DNA of 64,000 nt from Rubrivivax sp. (GTDB lineage: Bacteria > Pseudomonadota > Gammaproteobacteria > Burkholderiales > Burkholderiaceae_C): assembly GCA_046087245.1 (NCBI GenBank), contig JBJTZN010000091.1:2842-66841 (forward strand), read 5' to 3'. The notes under the pieces were generated by a model. That model had not been told where the DNA came from. It worked only from the letters and a program-made list of their open reading frames with translations, and searched no databases. How positions within the stretch are numbered: position 1 is the stretch's first letter; every line of letters begins with the position of its first letter. The position numbers and the translations under genes were made by a program. This document shows, one piece after another, positions 12,658-22,267 of this stretch.

Positions 12658-13416
12658 ATGCTCGAACCCGCCGATCTGTTGCAGATTCACGACCTGCGCT
12701 ACGCGTGGCCAGGCACGTCTGCCGATGTGCTGAACCTGCAAGCCTTGCACCTGCGCGCCGGGCGCAGCTATTTCCTGCACGGCCCCAGTGGCTGCGGCAA
12801 GAGCACCCTGCTGGGCCTGATGGCGGGCGTGCTGCTGCCCCGGCAGGGGCATGTCGCCCTGCTCGGCCGGGACTGGGCCGCCCTGCCGCCCGGGCGCCGG
12901 GACCGGTTCAGGGCGCAGCACGTCGGCGTCATCTTCCAGCAGTTCAATCTGCTGTCGTACCTGTCATGCCTGGACAACGTGCTGCTGCCTTGTTGGCTGT
13001 CGCCCGTGCGCGCCGAGCGATGCGTCGGCTCGGCGCAGGACGAAGCCCGACGGCTGCTGCAGCGCATGGAGTTGCCGTCAGAACTGTGGCAGCGCAGCGC
13101 CGGCACCCTGTCCATCGGCCAGCAGCAGCGCGTGGCGGCGGCCCGCGCACTGATCGGTCGACCGGCACTGGTGATCGCAGACGAGCCCACGTCCGCCCTG
13201 GATGAGCCGCTGCGGGAGTCCTTCATGGCCCTGTTGATGGGCGAGTGTCGTGAGGGCGGCAGCACCCTGGTGTTCGTCAGCCATGACGAGCGACTCGCGG
13301 CCCACTTCGATGAGCGCCTTTCCCTGCGCGCCTTGCAGGCCCTGCAGCCGGATCGGCCCCTGCAGCCCCTGCAGCCCCTTCGGCCACTCCCGCCCGAGAA
13401 GGTGTCTGTGCCATGA
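12658..13416 (+). CDS. ABC transporter ATP-binding protein (MacB/LolD-like)
   Basis: ORF 12658..13416. It has Walker [10 protein letters not shown], signature LSIGQQQRV and Walker [13 protein letters not shown]. Confidence 0.9.
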   Translation: MLEPADLLQIHDLRYAWPGTSADVLNLQALHLRAGRSYFLHGPSGCGKSTLLGLMAGVLLPRQGHVALLGRDWAALPPGRRDRFRAQHVGVIFQQFNLLSYLSCLDNVLLPCWLSPVRAERCVGSAQDEARRLLQRMELPSELWQRSAGTLSIGQQQRVAAARALIGRPALVIADEPTSALDEPLRESFMALLMGECREGGSTLVFVSHDERLAAHFDERLSLRALQALQPDRPLQPLQPLRPLPPEKVSVP

Positions 13417-14687
13417 CCTTTCTCCTGCGGCTGGCCACGCACAGTGCCTGGAACCGGCGTGGCACCCTCGCCCTGGTGCTGGCCTCGATCGCGCTCGCCA
13501 CCGCCCTGCTCTGGGCGCTCGAAGGCTTGCGACGCGACCTGCGCAGCAGTTTTTCGAATGCCGTCAGCGGCACCGATCTGGTCGTGGGCGCCCGCAGCGG
13601 GCCAGTGCAGTTGATGCTGTATGCCGTGTTTCGCGTGGGCGGGGCCACCAACAGCATTTCCATGGACAGCGTGCGCGCGGTGTCCACCCACCGGGCCGTG
13701 GCGTGGACGGTACCGATCGCACTGGGCGACTCGTACCGCGGCTTCCCGGTCATGGGCGCCACCACGGGCTACTTCCAGCACTTCGCCTATGGGGACCGGC
13801 AGCCATTGGCCCTGGAGGCGGGCCGTCCCTTCAGCGGGACCCTGGACGGCCTGTACGAGGCTGTGCTGGGCGCGGAGGTGGCGCAGCGGCTGGGTCACCG
13901 CCTGGGCGACCGCATCACCCTGACCCATGGCATGAGTGCGGCTGCAGGCACCGAGCATGCCGACAAGGCCTTCGTGATCACCGGCATCCTGCAGCGCACC
14001 GGCACGCCGGTGGACCGCACCGTGCATGTGAGCCTGCAGGCCCTGGAGGCGCTGCACCTGGACTGGGTGGGCGGCGCCCCGATGCCGGGGTTGCGCATCT
14101 CCGCCGAGGATGCGCGCAAGTTCGACCTGGAACCCAAGCAGGTGACGGCCGCCTTGGTGGGGCTGAAGAGCCGGGCGGCGGTGTTCAACGTGCAGCGCTT
14201 CGTGGCCGAGTACCCAGGAGAGCCGCTGCTGGGCGTGCTGCCGGGCGTGGCCCTCGACGAACTGTGGGACGCCGTTGGCCTGGGCGAGCGGGCCCTGCAG
14301 CTGGTGTCCGCGCTGGTGGCGGTGGTCAGCCTGGCGGGGCTGGTGGCCACGGTCCTGGCGGGCCTGAACGAGCGCCGAAGGGAGTTGGCGGTGCTGCGCG
14401 CCGTGGGTGCGGGTCCGCGCGACGTGCTGTGGTTGCTGGTGCTGGAGGGCGCGGTGGTCACTGCGGCTGGCGCCTTGCTGGGCGTGCTCACGGCCCTGGC
14501 CGCCCAGGCCCTGGCCGCGCCACTGCTGCAGCGGCGGCTGGGCATCACCTTGCAGATGGGCGCGCCCGAGGTCACGCAGTGGGCGGTGCTGGCTGCCGTG
14601 CTGATCGCGGGTATGCTGGCCAGCCTGCTGCCGGCTTGGCGCGCCTACAGCCTGTCCCTGGCCGATGGCCTCTCGCCACGGCTATGA
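13413..14687 (+). CDS. ABC transporter permease, FtsX/MacB-like
   Basis: ORF 13413..14687 (424 aa). It has an N-terminal TM, a large periplasmic region and a C-terminal FtsX-type TM bundle (NERRRELAVLRAVGAGPRDVLWLLVLEG). Its ATG overlaps the ATPase stop. Confidence 0.85.
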   Translation: MTFLLRLATHSAWNRRGTLALVLASIALATALLWALEGLRRDLRSSFSNAVSGTDLVVGARSGPVQLMLYAVFRVGGATNSISMDSVRAVSTHRAVAWTVPIALGDSYRGFPVMGATTGYFQHFAYGDRQPLALEAGRPFSGTLDGLYEAVLGAEVAQRLGHRLGDRITLTHGMSAAAGTEHADKAFVITGILQRTGTPVDRTVHVSLQALEALHLDWVGGAPMPGLRISAEDARKFDLEPKQVTAALVGLKSRAAVFNVQRFVAEYPGEPLLGVLPGVALDELWDAVGLGERALQLVSALVAVVSLAGLVATVLAGLNERRRELAVLRAVGAGPRDVLWLLVLEGAVVTAAGALLGVLTALAAQALAAPLLQRRLGITLQMGAPEVTQWAVLAAVLIAGMLASLLPAWRAYSLSLADGLSPRL

Positions 14688-15367
14688 ACCGCTTCGCGAC
14701 CCCTTCTGTGCGACCCGCCATGCCCAGTTTCCCCGTTCAGCGGCCCGGGCTCTGCGCCCTGGCCATCGTTTTCGCGGTGGCCGCACTGGTGCCCCTGGGG
14801 CGGGTGCTGGCCCAGCCGGTTCCCGGCGTGCCCACCATGGCCCCGCCCATCGCGCCGACGCCCCCGGGTGGCGGCAGAACGGCCCCGGCCGCTCCCGCCG
14901 GGGCCCCGCGCACCATCGGCTGGGAGGCACTGGTGCCTGCGGACTGGGATCCGATGAAGGACCTCAAGGGTCTGAACCTGTCCATCCTCAGCGACGCCGA
15001 CCCGCGGGCCATCACGGCCCTGTCCAAGCTGCGCGAGGCCTGGGACAACGCGCCCATCAATCCGGCCATGGTGGGCCAACTGGTGCGCCTGCCGGGCTAC
15101 CTGGTACCGCTGGAGGAGACCAAGGACGGGCTGAAGGAGTTCCTGCTCGTACCCTACTTCGGCGCCTGCATCCACAGCCCGCCGCCGCCGGCCAACCAGA
15201 TCGTCCACGTGCTGCCCAAGGCTGCGGCCAAGGGCTTCCGCTCGATGGATACCGTCTGGGTCACCGGCGTGCTCACGGGCGCCCGCACCGACTCGTACAT
15301 GGGAATGTCGGGCTACCGCATCGAGGCCACCCAGGTCACTCCCTACGCCGAGCGTGCCCCGCGTTGA
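14684..15367 (+). CDS. periplasmic DUF3299-like protein
   Basis: In-frame ATG 14684 of ORF 13250..15367 overlaps the permease TGA (ATGA). It has a signal peptide (LCALAIVFAVAALVPLGRVLA) and the motif LVPYFGACIHSPPPPANQIVHV, which I recall as characteristic of DUF3299. Confidence 0.7.
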   Translation: MNRFATPSVRPAMPSFPVQRPGLCALAIVFAVAALVPLGRVLAQPVPGVPTMAPPIAPTPPGGGRTAPAAPAGAPRTIGWEALVPADWDPMKDLKGLNLSILSDADPRAITALSKLREAWDNAPINPAMVGQLVRLPGYLVPLEETKDGLKEFLLVPYFGACIHSPPPPANQIVHVLPKAAAKGFRSMDTVWVTGVLTGARTDSYMGMSGYRIEATQVTPYAERAPR

Positions 15368-15382
15368 GGGCGCCGGGGGCGG

Positions 15383-17245
15383 TCAGAACGAGATCCCGAC
15401 GCTGAAGTGCAGCCGGGTCTTGCGCACGGCCTCGCCGTAGGCCAGATCCAGACGCAGCGGACCGACGGGACTGCGCCAGCGCAAGCCGACGCCAGCGCCC
15501 ACCACGGGACGCAGGTCCGAGAAGCGATCGGCGGCCTGTCCCGCGTCAACGAACACGGCGCCCCAGAACTGCGGCAGGCTGTCGCTCAGGGGACGGGCGA
15601 GCTCCATGCTGGTGGTCAGGACGGCCTTGCCGCTGTCCACCGTGCCGTTGCGGGTCGGACCCAGCGAGCGGTAGGCGTAGCCGCGTACCGAGTCGTCGCC
15701 CCCGGCCCGAAAGCGCAGTGTGTCCGGCACGTCCAGCCCGGCAGGGGAGACCACCTGGCCGGCCTCCACCCGAGCCTGGGCGTACCACTGCGCCCCCAGC
15801 GGCAGGTAGCCGGTGACGCGGCCCCACACCCGCCCGAAGGCGCCGTCTATCCCGGAACTGTCACGCGCCTGGCCCAGGCCCGTCTGCAGGCTGGCCGTCA
15901 GCCCCCGGGTCGGCAGCACCGGGTTGTCCACGTCGCGCCACGACCAGTGGTGATTGGCCGACAGGGCGACAGAGACGCTCTTGTCGATGGCCGTGCGTCG
16001 GGCTGACCGGTCCACCTCGACGAACTGGAAGCGCTCGATCCTGGGCGAGTCCTGGATGCGGCCGGCGCGCAGGCGCTGGGCCAGTACCACGTCGGTGTCG
16101 GACTTCAGTCGCTCGACAGTGCCGCCAGCCAGCCAGCGGTACAACTGCGGCCCGGGGTGGGTGCTGATCTCGCCATCCCAGGCCTGCCGCGCGAGGCCCC
16201 ACTCGGCCTTGTTGCGAGAGGTGGCCGCCTGGCCGAACAGCCGCCGGTCGATGTGCTCCACCGTGGCCCGCGGCCCCGTGTTGGCGCTCACGCCCACGCC
16301 CAGCACGAGCTGCTGCCGAGGGGATTCCTCGACCTGCACCGCCACTGGCGCGGCTGCGGCCTGATCGGGCGCAGGCTCCACCGCCACCGTGGCCCGCTGG
16401 AACAGGCCGGACTTCTGCAGGCGGTCCTGAAAGTCCAGCACCAGGGTCTCGGTCAAGGGCGTGCCGGGCCCGAAGTTGGCCAGGTGGCTCACGGTCTGAA
16501 GGTCGTGCAGCCGCAGACCTTCCACCCGCAACTCACCGCTGAGGAACAGCGGCCCGGGGTCGGCGGACAGCCGCAGCCAGGCCTGGTGCTCAGCAGGATC
16601 GATGTCGGCCTCGGTTCGGCCCCAGGCGGCCGCCAGGTGTCCCGCCGCCCGCAGCCGCGCCAGGCTGGCGGTCTTGGCATCGGCCCAGGTCTGGTTGCGA
16701 AACGGCGCGCCGGTCTTCAGCGTCCAGTGGTCCCGCAGGCCCTGCAGGGTCTGCACGGCATCCGGGCGGCCGGCCTTCACCGCCTCGGCCCAGCTGCCTT
16801 CGAACTCCAGATCCACCCGGGCGACCAGTGTGCGGGGGCCGGGCTTCAACTGCAGCACCACGAGGGGCGGTCCGTCAGGGCTTGCGGCGGGACGCCGCCG
16901 GATCTGGACCACGGGCTCGAAGTAGCCTTCGGTCTGCAGCAACTCTCGCGTCTGTGCCGGTGCGGCGTCGATCAGGCGCGAGAGTTCGCCTTCGGTCAGC
17001 CGCTCACCGCGTGCCACCGTGGCCAGGCGCGCCAGGTCCAGGTGACGCCCCAGCAAGAGACGCAGATCCGGCGGCGCGTCGATCTCGAGGTCCAGGGCGG
17101 CGGGCCCTGGCGCGGGGGCGGACTCTGGTGCGGACGCGCTCACCGATGCACCGGGTCTTGCCCCCAGCAAAGCGCAACCACTGCCCGCCAGGGCCGCGAC
17201 GGCCAGCAGCACGCGGCCCAGCCAGCGCCGGGCACACGGGCTCAT
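15383..17245 (-). CDS. Omp85-family outer-membrane protein, TamA-like (620 aa)
   Basis: In-frame ATG 17245 of the 1092-aa ORF 15383..18661 overlaps the upstream gene's TGA (ATGA). The N-terminus is MSPCARRWLGRVLLAVAALAGSGC. The N-half is POTRA-like, and a beta-barrel C-half ends ...RLHFSVGISF (terminal Phe). Confidence 0.8.
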   Translation of the reverse strand: MSPCARRWLGRVLLAVAALAGSGCALLGARPGASVSASAPESAPAPGPAALDLEIDAPPDLRLLLGRHLDLARLATVARGERLTEGELSRLIDAAPAQTRELLQTEGYFEPVVQIRRRPAASPDGPPLVVLQLKPGPRTLVARVDLEFEGSWAEAVKAGRPDAVQTLQGLRDHWTLKTGAPFRNQTWADAKTASLARLRAAGHLAAAWGRTEADIDPAEHQAWLRLSADPGPLFLSGELRVEGLRLHDLQTVSHLANFGPGTPLTETLVLDFQDRLQKSGLFQRATVAVEPAPDQAAAAPVAVQVEESPRQQLVLGVGVSANTGPRATVEHIDRRLFGQAATSRNKAEWGLARQAWDGEISTHPGPQLYRWLAGGTVERLKSDTDVVLAQRLRAGRIQDSPRIERFQFVEVDRSARRTAIDKSVSVALSANHHWSWRDVDNPVLPTRGLTASLQTGLGQARDSSGIDGAFGRVWGRVTGYLPLGAQWYAQARVEAGQVVSPAGLDVPDTLRFRAGGDDSVRGYAYRSLGPTRNGTVDSGKAVLTTSMELARPLSDSLPQFWGAVFVDAGQAADRFSDLRPVVGAGVGLRWRSPVGPLRLDLAYGEAVRKTRLHFSVGISF

Positions 17246-18426
17246 TTGGTCAGCAACCGCATCGCCGCCTCCAGCCCGGCCAGCGTGAGCGGGAACATGC
17301 GCTGGCTCATGAGTTGCTGCATGACGGCGATGCTCTGGCGGTATTGCCACACGCCCTGGGGCTCCGGGTTGATCCAGGCGAACTTCGGGAAGGCGTGGGT
17401 CAGGCGCTGCAGCCATTCGGCCCCGGGCTCCTCGTTGTTGTACTCCACGCTGCCACCGGGCTGCAGGATCTCGTAGGGGCTCATGGTGGCGTCGCCCACG
17501 AAGATCAGCTTGTAGTCCCGGTTGTACTTGCGGATCACGTCCCAGGTCGGGAACTTCTCGCTGAAGCGGCGGCGGTTGTTCTTCCACATGAAGTCGTAGA
17601 CGCAGTTGTGGAAGTAATAGAACTCCAGGTGCTTGAATTCGGTCTTGGCGGCGCTGAACAACTCTTCCACGCGGTGGATATGCTCGTCCATGGTGCCGCC
17701 CACATCCATGAGCAAGAGCACTTTGACGCGGTTGTGGCGTTCGGGCACGAGCTTGATGTCCAGCATGCCGGCATTGGCCGCCGTGCTGTGGATGGTGTCG
17801 TCGAGATCGAGTTCCTCGGCGGCGCCTTCGCGCGCGAAGCGCCGCAGCCGGCGCAGCGCCACCTTGATGTTGCGCGTGCCCAGCTCCTTGGTGTCGTCGT
17901 AGTCCTTGTAGGCGCGCTGGTCCCACACCTTCACCGCACTGCGGTTGCGGCCCTTGTCCTGGCCGATGCGTATGCCCTGCGGGTTGTAGCCGTAGGCGCC
18001 AAAGGGGCTGGTGCCGCCCGTGCCGATCATGCGGTTGCCGCCCTCGTGGCGCTCCTTCTGCTCCTCGAAGCGCTTCTTCAGGGTCTCCATCAGCTCGTCC
18101 CAGCCCATCTTCTCGATGGCCGCCTTCTCCTCGGGCGACAGCTCCAGTTCCAGCGCCTTGCGCAGCCACTCCAGCGGCACGTCCTGCGTGTAGTCCGTCA
18201 GCAGTTCCACCCCCTTGAAGTAGGCGGAAAAGGCCCGGTCGAACTTGTCGAAGTTCACCTCGTCCTTGACCAGGGTGGTGCGTGACAGGAAGTAGAACTT
18301 GTCCACGCTCGGACCGCCTTCGTCGTCGATCACCCCGGCCTTGAGCGCTTCCAGCAAGGTCAGGTACTCCTTCACCGACACCGGCAGCCTGGCCGCGCGC
18401 AGCGTGTAGAAGAAGTTGATCAGCAT
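17242..18426 (-). CDS. VWA-domain protein of the type paired with MoxR ATPases (CoxE/COG3825-like)
   Basis: ATG 18426 in ORF 17242..18873 gives MLINFFYTLRAARLPVSVKEYLTLLEAL... The C-terminal VWA-like segment is VKVLLLMDVGGTMDEH. The start is 2 nt after the peptidase stop. Confidence 0.8.
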   Translation of the reverse strand: MLINFFYTLRAARLPVSVKEYLTLLEALKAGVIDDEGGPSVDKFYFLSRTTLVKDEVNFDKFDRAFSAYFKGVELLTDYTQDVPLEWLRKALELELSPEEKAAIEKMGWDELMETLKKRFEEQKERHEGGNRMIGTGGTSPFGAYGYNPQGIRIGQDKGRNRSAVKVWDQRAYKDYDDTKELGTRNIKVALRRLRRFAREGAAEELDLDDTIHSTAANAGMLDIKLVPERHNRVKVLLLMDVGGTMDEHIHRVEELFSAAKTEFKHLEFYYFHNCVYDFMWKNNRRRFSEKFPTWDVIRKYNRDYKLIFVGDATMSPYEILQPGGSVEYNNEEPGAEWLQRLTHAFPKFAWINPEPQGVWQYRQSIAVMQQLMSQRMFPLTLAGLEAAMRLLTK

Positions 18427-18428
18427 GC

Positions 18429-20528
18429 TCAGCCCCGCTTCCTGCCGGCCCGGCCGGGCACCTTGCGCCCCGCCGCATGGGCCGGATCGTGGGCCCGCAG
18501 CCAGTCGAAGAACTCGCCATACCACTGGCGGCTGTTGCGGGGCTTGAGGATCCAGTGGTTCTCGTCGGGGAACCACAGAAGTCGTGCGTCCACGCCACGG
18601 GCCTTGAGCGTGTTGTAGTACGCCAGGCCCTGCGCGTCGGGCACCCGGTAGTCCAGGGCACCGTGGATCACCAGCGTGGGCGTTCGCATGCCCGCGGCAT
18701 GGGCATGGGGGCTCTGGCGATGGACCTGGGCCATGTCGTCCCAGTACCAGGCGCCCAGCTCCTTGGCATGCCAGTGGTAGGCATCGTCGGCAAACATGCC
18801 CGCCCAGTCGAAGCAGCCGGCGTGACAGATGTAGGCCCGGTATCGGCCGGGCTTCACATGCGCGTTCATCCACGCCACCATGTAGCCGCCGTAGCTGCCG
18901 CCAGCGGCGAAGACGCGCTGGCGGTCGACCCAGGGCTTCTTCAGCAGCGCGTCAGTGGCTGCCTCGATATCCAGCAGCTCCAGTTCGCCCCGGCGGTGGG
19001 TGATGCTGTCCAGGAAGGCGTGACCGAAGCTCGACGAGCCGTGGTAGTTCACGCTGGCCACCACGTAGCCCTGGGCCGCAAACAGGTGGGTGTTCCAACG
19101 GTAGTGCCAGGTGTCGCCCGCCGCAGTGTGCGGCCCGCCATGGATGTTGTGCATCAGCGGGTGCTTGCGCTGCCGGTCAAAGTCGGGCGGGAAGGTCAGC
19201 CAGACCTGCACCCGTTCGCCCAGCGCACCGGTGATCCAGGTTTCCTCGGTGCGGCCGAAGTCCAGGGTGGACAGCAGCTTGTCGTTGAATTGTTCAAGGC
19301 GTCGGGCCGGCACGGGCGGGCCGGTTTGCAGGCTGTGCGCGTGTACACGCCCCGGGTGCTGGGCGCAGTCCGCCAGCGTGACGAGCCGGCCGGCAGCCAG
19401 GTCGAAGGCGTGAACGCAGCCGCCCGCAACCACCACCTCGGCCTGCCGGGCTTCAAGGTCGAAGCGCCAGAGGTGGCGCCGGCCCTCGTGCTCGGCGCAC
19501 AGCAGAACCGCATCGGCCGCAGCGACCGCATCGTCCCAACGCAGCGGCGCATGCACCTCATGGTCCCAGTCGGCGCTGATGACGTCCCAGCGGCCCCCCT
19601 GGCGCTTCCATACGGCCAACTGACCTGGCATCGTGTGTTTCAGGCCCTGGTGGCTGGCGACGAAGGCGATGCGTTGACCGTCCGGGCTGTAGCTGGGCGC
19701 GCTGAAATCCCAGGCCGCATTCTGGGCAATGACCTGGATGCGTCCGGTCTTCAGATCGATCTCGGCCAGCGCGAATCGGCCATCGCCCCGCTTTTGCGGC
19801 GCGGGGTCGAAGGCGAAGACCAGACGCCGCCCATCGGGCGAGACATCGAAGCACTGGCCATCGGGCTCGGCGCGTTCGAGCTCGTAAGCCGTACCTTCGA
19901 AGAGGTCGCGCGCGCGGCCCGTGGCCAGGTCCATCAGGTGCAGGCGGGCCACCCGGCCCATGGGCATGTGGTGGTCCCAGTGGCGGTTCTGTGCCTGGCT
20001 GGTGGCGTAGCCGCTTTCCTTGCGCTTGCCGAACTCGGCATGGCGTCTGGCCTGTGCCGCCGAGCCCTTGAGCTCGGGCCAGACCCAGGACACGAAGACC
20101 ACCTGACGCCCGTTCGGGCACCAGCGGAAGGCCTCCACGCCCGTGGCCACATCGCCCGCACGCTGCGCCTCGCCGCCGTCCACCGGGATCAGGTACAGCT
20201 GCGGCGTCTCGTCCTTGTGGCCCTCCTGCTCGCGCTTGGCGATGAAGCCGATGCGGTCCCCGGCCGGGCTGAAGCGCGGCTGCCCGTCCTTCTCGCCGCA
20301 GGAGGTCAGGCGGCGAGGCTGGCCGCCCAGGGTGGACAGCAGCCACAAGCTGCTGGAGGCTTTGTTGTCCTCCATGGCGTATGAGGTCACCGCCACCGCG
20401 GCCTGCGCCCCGTCCGGCGACAGGCTGGGGGCGCCCAGACGGTCGAGCTGCCACAGGTGCTCGATGGCGAAAGGTGTCTTCTTTCGGGCGCGGGCCTTGC
20501 CCCTGGATCGGGCGTCTTGGGCGTTCAT
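18429..20528 (-). CDS. S9 family serine peptidase (prolyl oligopeptidase / acylaminoacyl-peptidase type), no signal peptide
   Basis: ORF 18429..20528. It has a beta-propeller-like N-half and a C-terminal alpha/beta hydrolase domain with the GGSYGGYM nucleophile elbow. The N-terminus MNAQDARSRGKARARKK is not signal-like. Confidence 0.88.
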   Translation of the reverse strand: MNAQDARSRGKARARKKTPFAIEHLWQLDRLGAPSLSPDGAQAAVAVTSYAMEDNKASSSLWLLSTLGGQPRRLTSCGEKDGQPRFSPAGDRIGFIAKREQEGHKDETPQLYLIPVDGGEAQRAGDVATGVEAFRWCPNGRQVVFVSWVWPELKGSAAQARRHAEFGKRKESGYATSQAQNRHWDHHMPMGRVARLHLMDLATGRARDLFEGTAYELERAEPDGQCFDVSPDGRRLVFAFDPAPQKRGDGRFALAEIDLKTGRIQVIAQNAAWDFSAPSYSPDGQRIAFVASHQGLKHTMPGQLAVWKRQGGRWDVISADWDHEVHAPLRWDDAVAAADAVLLCAEHEGRRHLWRFDLEARQAEVVVAGGCVHAFDLAAGRLVTLADCAQHPGRVHAHSLQTGPPVPARRLEQFNDKLLSTLDFGRTEETWITGALGERVQVWLTFPPDFDRQRKHPLMHNIHGGPHTAAGDTWHYRWNTHLFAAQGYVVASVNYHGSSSFGHAFLDSITHRRGELELLDIEAATDALLKKPWVDRQRVFAAGGSYGGYMVAWMNAHVKPGRYRAYICHAGCFDWAGMFADDAYHWHAKELGAWYWDDMAQVHRQSPHAHAAGMRTPTLVIHGALDYRVPDAQGLAYYNTLKARGVDARLLWFPDENHWILKPRNSRQWYGEFFDWLRAHDPAHAAGRKVPGRAGRKRG

Positions 20529-20531
20529 GTG

Positions 20532-21140
20532 TCAGCGGCTGCGGGCAAGCTGGAAGTCGAGGTGCGTCTTGACCACCGGCCACTCCGCCGCGGTGATGCT
20601 GTAGACCGCGGTGTCGCGCAAGGTGCCGCCGTGTCCGATCTGGTGCGCGCGCAGGATGCCGTCCAGTTGCGCGCCCAGGCGCTCGATGGCGCGGCGGCTC
20701 TGGGTGTTCAGGCGGTGCGTGCGGAACTCCACGGCGATGCACTGCAGGCTCTCGAAGGCGTGGCCCAGCAGCATGCGCTTGCATTCGGTGTTCAGCGCCG
20801 AGCGCTGCGTGCTCTGCGCATACCAGGTGCTGCCGATCTCCACGCGCCGGTTGGCGGCATCGACGTTCATGTAGGTCGTCATGCCCACGATGCGGCCGGC
20901 GGCATCGACGACGGTGAAGGGCAGCATCAGGCCTTGGGCCTGCAGCTTCAGGCGCCGCTCGATCTCGGCCTTCATGCCTTCAGGTGTCGGCACGGCGGTG
21001 TACCAGAGCTTCCAGAGCTCGCCGTCCCTGACGGCATCGCACAAGGCCGCTTCGTGCTCCCACGCCAAGGGCAGCAACTGCGCATGCCCGCCGGCCATCA
21101 CCAGGGGTTCGATCCAGGGGCTGCTCATCTCAGCGCTCAT
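20532..21140 (-). CDS. GNAT family N-acetyltransferase (RimJ/RimL-like)
   Basis: These are the last 202 codons of ORF 20532..21812. ATG 21140 overlaps the MoxR stop (ATGA). The region VEIGSTWYAQSTQRSALNTECKRMLLGHAFE...AIERLGAQLDGILR is typical of Acetyltransf_3-type GNATs. An alternative ATG lies at 21128. Confidence 0.8.
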   Translation of the reverse strand: MSAEMSSPWIEPLVMAGGHAQLLPLAWEHEAALCDAVRDGELWKLWYTAVPTPEGMKAEIERRLKLQAQGLMLPFTVVDAAGRIVGMTTYMNVDAANRRVEIGSTWYAQSTQRSALNTECKRMLLGHAFESLQCIAVEFRTHRLNTQSRRAIERLGAQLDGILRAHQIGHGGTLRDTAVYSITAAEWPVVKTHLDFQLARSR

Positions 21141-21979
21141 CGGTGGTTGCGCTGCATGAAGACCAACTTCTCGAACAGCGTGACGTCCTGCTCGTTCTTC
21201 AGCAAGGCGCCCACCAGGGGGGGTACCGCCACCTTGTCGTCCTTGCTCTGCAGCACCTCCAGCGGGATGTCCTCGGCCACCAGCAGCTTCAGCCAGTCCA
21301 GCAGCTCGGAAGTGCTGGGCTTCTTCTTCAGGCCGGGCAGGTTGCGCACCTCGTAGAAGGTCTTCAGGGCCGCGCCCAGCAACTCTTTCTTGAGCCCGGG
21401 GAAATGCACGTCCACGATAGCCTGCATGGTGGGCGCGTCGGGGAACTTGATGTAGTGGAAGAAGCAGCGGCGCAGGAAGGCGTCGGGCAACTCCTTCTCG
21501 TTGTTGGAGGTGATGAACACCAGCGGCCGGTGCCGCGCCTTGATGAGCTCGCGCGTCTCGTAGACGTAGAACTCCATGCGGTCGATCTCGCGCAGCAGAT
21601 CGTTCGGGAACTCGATGTCGGCCTTGTCGATCTCGTCGATCAGCAGGGCCACCGGTTGCTCGGCAGTGAAGGCCTGCCACAGCACGCCGCGCACGATGTA
21701 GTTCTGGATGTCCTTGACCTTCTCGTCGCCGAGCTGGCTGTCGCGCAGGCGGCTGACGGCGTCGTACTCGTACAGGCCCTGCTGGGCCTTGGTGGTGCTT
21801 TTCACATGCCATTGCAGCAAGGGCATGTTCAGCGCCTGCGCCACCTCCTCGGCCAGCATGGTCTTGCCGGTGCCCGGCTCGCCCTTGACCAGCAGCGGGC
21901 GCTTGAGCGTGAGGGCCGCGTTGACGGCCAGCATCAGGTCGTCAGTGGCAACGTAGTGGTCGGAACCCTTGAACTTCAT
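21137..21979 (-). CDS. MoxR-family AAA+ ATPase
   Basis: ATG 21979 in ORF 21137..22135 gives MKFKGSDHYVATDD... It has Walker A GEPGTGKT and Walker B LLIDEIDKA. Confidence 0.88.
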   Translation of the reverse strand: MKFKGSDHYVATDDLMLAVNAALTLKRPLLVKGEPGTGKTMLAEEVAQALNMPLLQWHVKSTTKAQQGLYEYDAVSRLRDSQLGDEKVKDIQNYIVRGVLWQAFTAEQPVALLIDEIDKADIEFPNDLLREIDRMEFYVYETRELIKARHRPLVFITSNNEKELPDAFLRRCFFHYIKFPDAPTMQAIVDVHFPGLKKELLGAALKTFYEVRNLPGLKKKPSTSELLDWLKLLVAEDIPLEVLQSKDDKVAVPPLVGALLKNEQDVTLFEKLVFMQRNHR

Positions 21980-22267
21980 GTTGGCGCGAGCCCTGGGAAG
22001 GGTGGTGGCAAGGTGGGTGGATGCAGCAGCCCCTGCCTCGGCGAGCTGGGCGCCAGGCCTGCGTACCGCAGACGCTTGCGCCGCAGCCGCCGCATGGGGA
22101 CAAGAGCGTGCAGCAGGGCCTTGTCCACGAGGCAAACCAGTATAAAGGCCGCCCTATAATTCAGGGTGGAGCAAGCTTGCGGGTGCAGCGCCGTGGCGTC
22201 CGCTGACAGAGTGCACATCCGCCGCAGGGCTGCGGTGAGCAGGCCAAGAGATTCCGAGGGAAGTTCG

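Noticed and set aside
13250-14683. The 5' two-thirds of the 705-aa ORF 13250..15367
   Set aside because: It is an off-frame shadow of the FtsX-type permease gene. The DUF3299-like protein starts at ATG 14684 with its own signal peptide.
17246-18661. The upstream 472 codons of the 1092-aa ORF 15383..18661
   Set aside because: This part is an off-frame read-through across the VWA gene and the 3' end of the S9 peptidase gene. The Omp85 protein starts with a signal peptide at ATG 17245, exactly overlapping the VWA stop.
22155-22160. Perfect TATAAT hexamer about 108 nt upstream of the cytochrome c4 start
   Set aside because: No acceptable -35 hexamer lies at 16-18-bp spacing (best is gcaaac). 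A single hexamer is too weak to support a promoter call.
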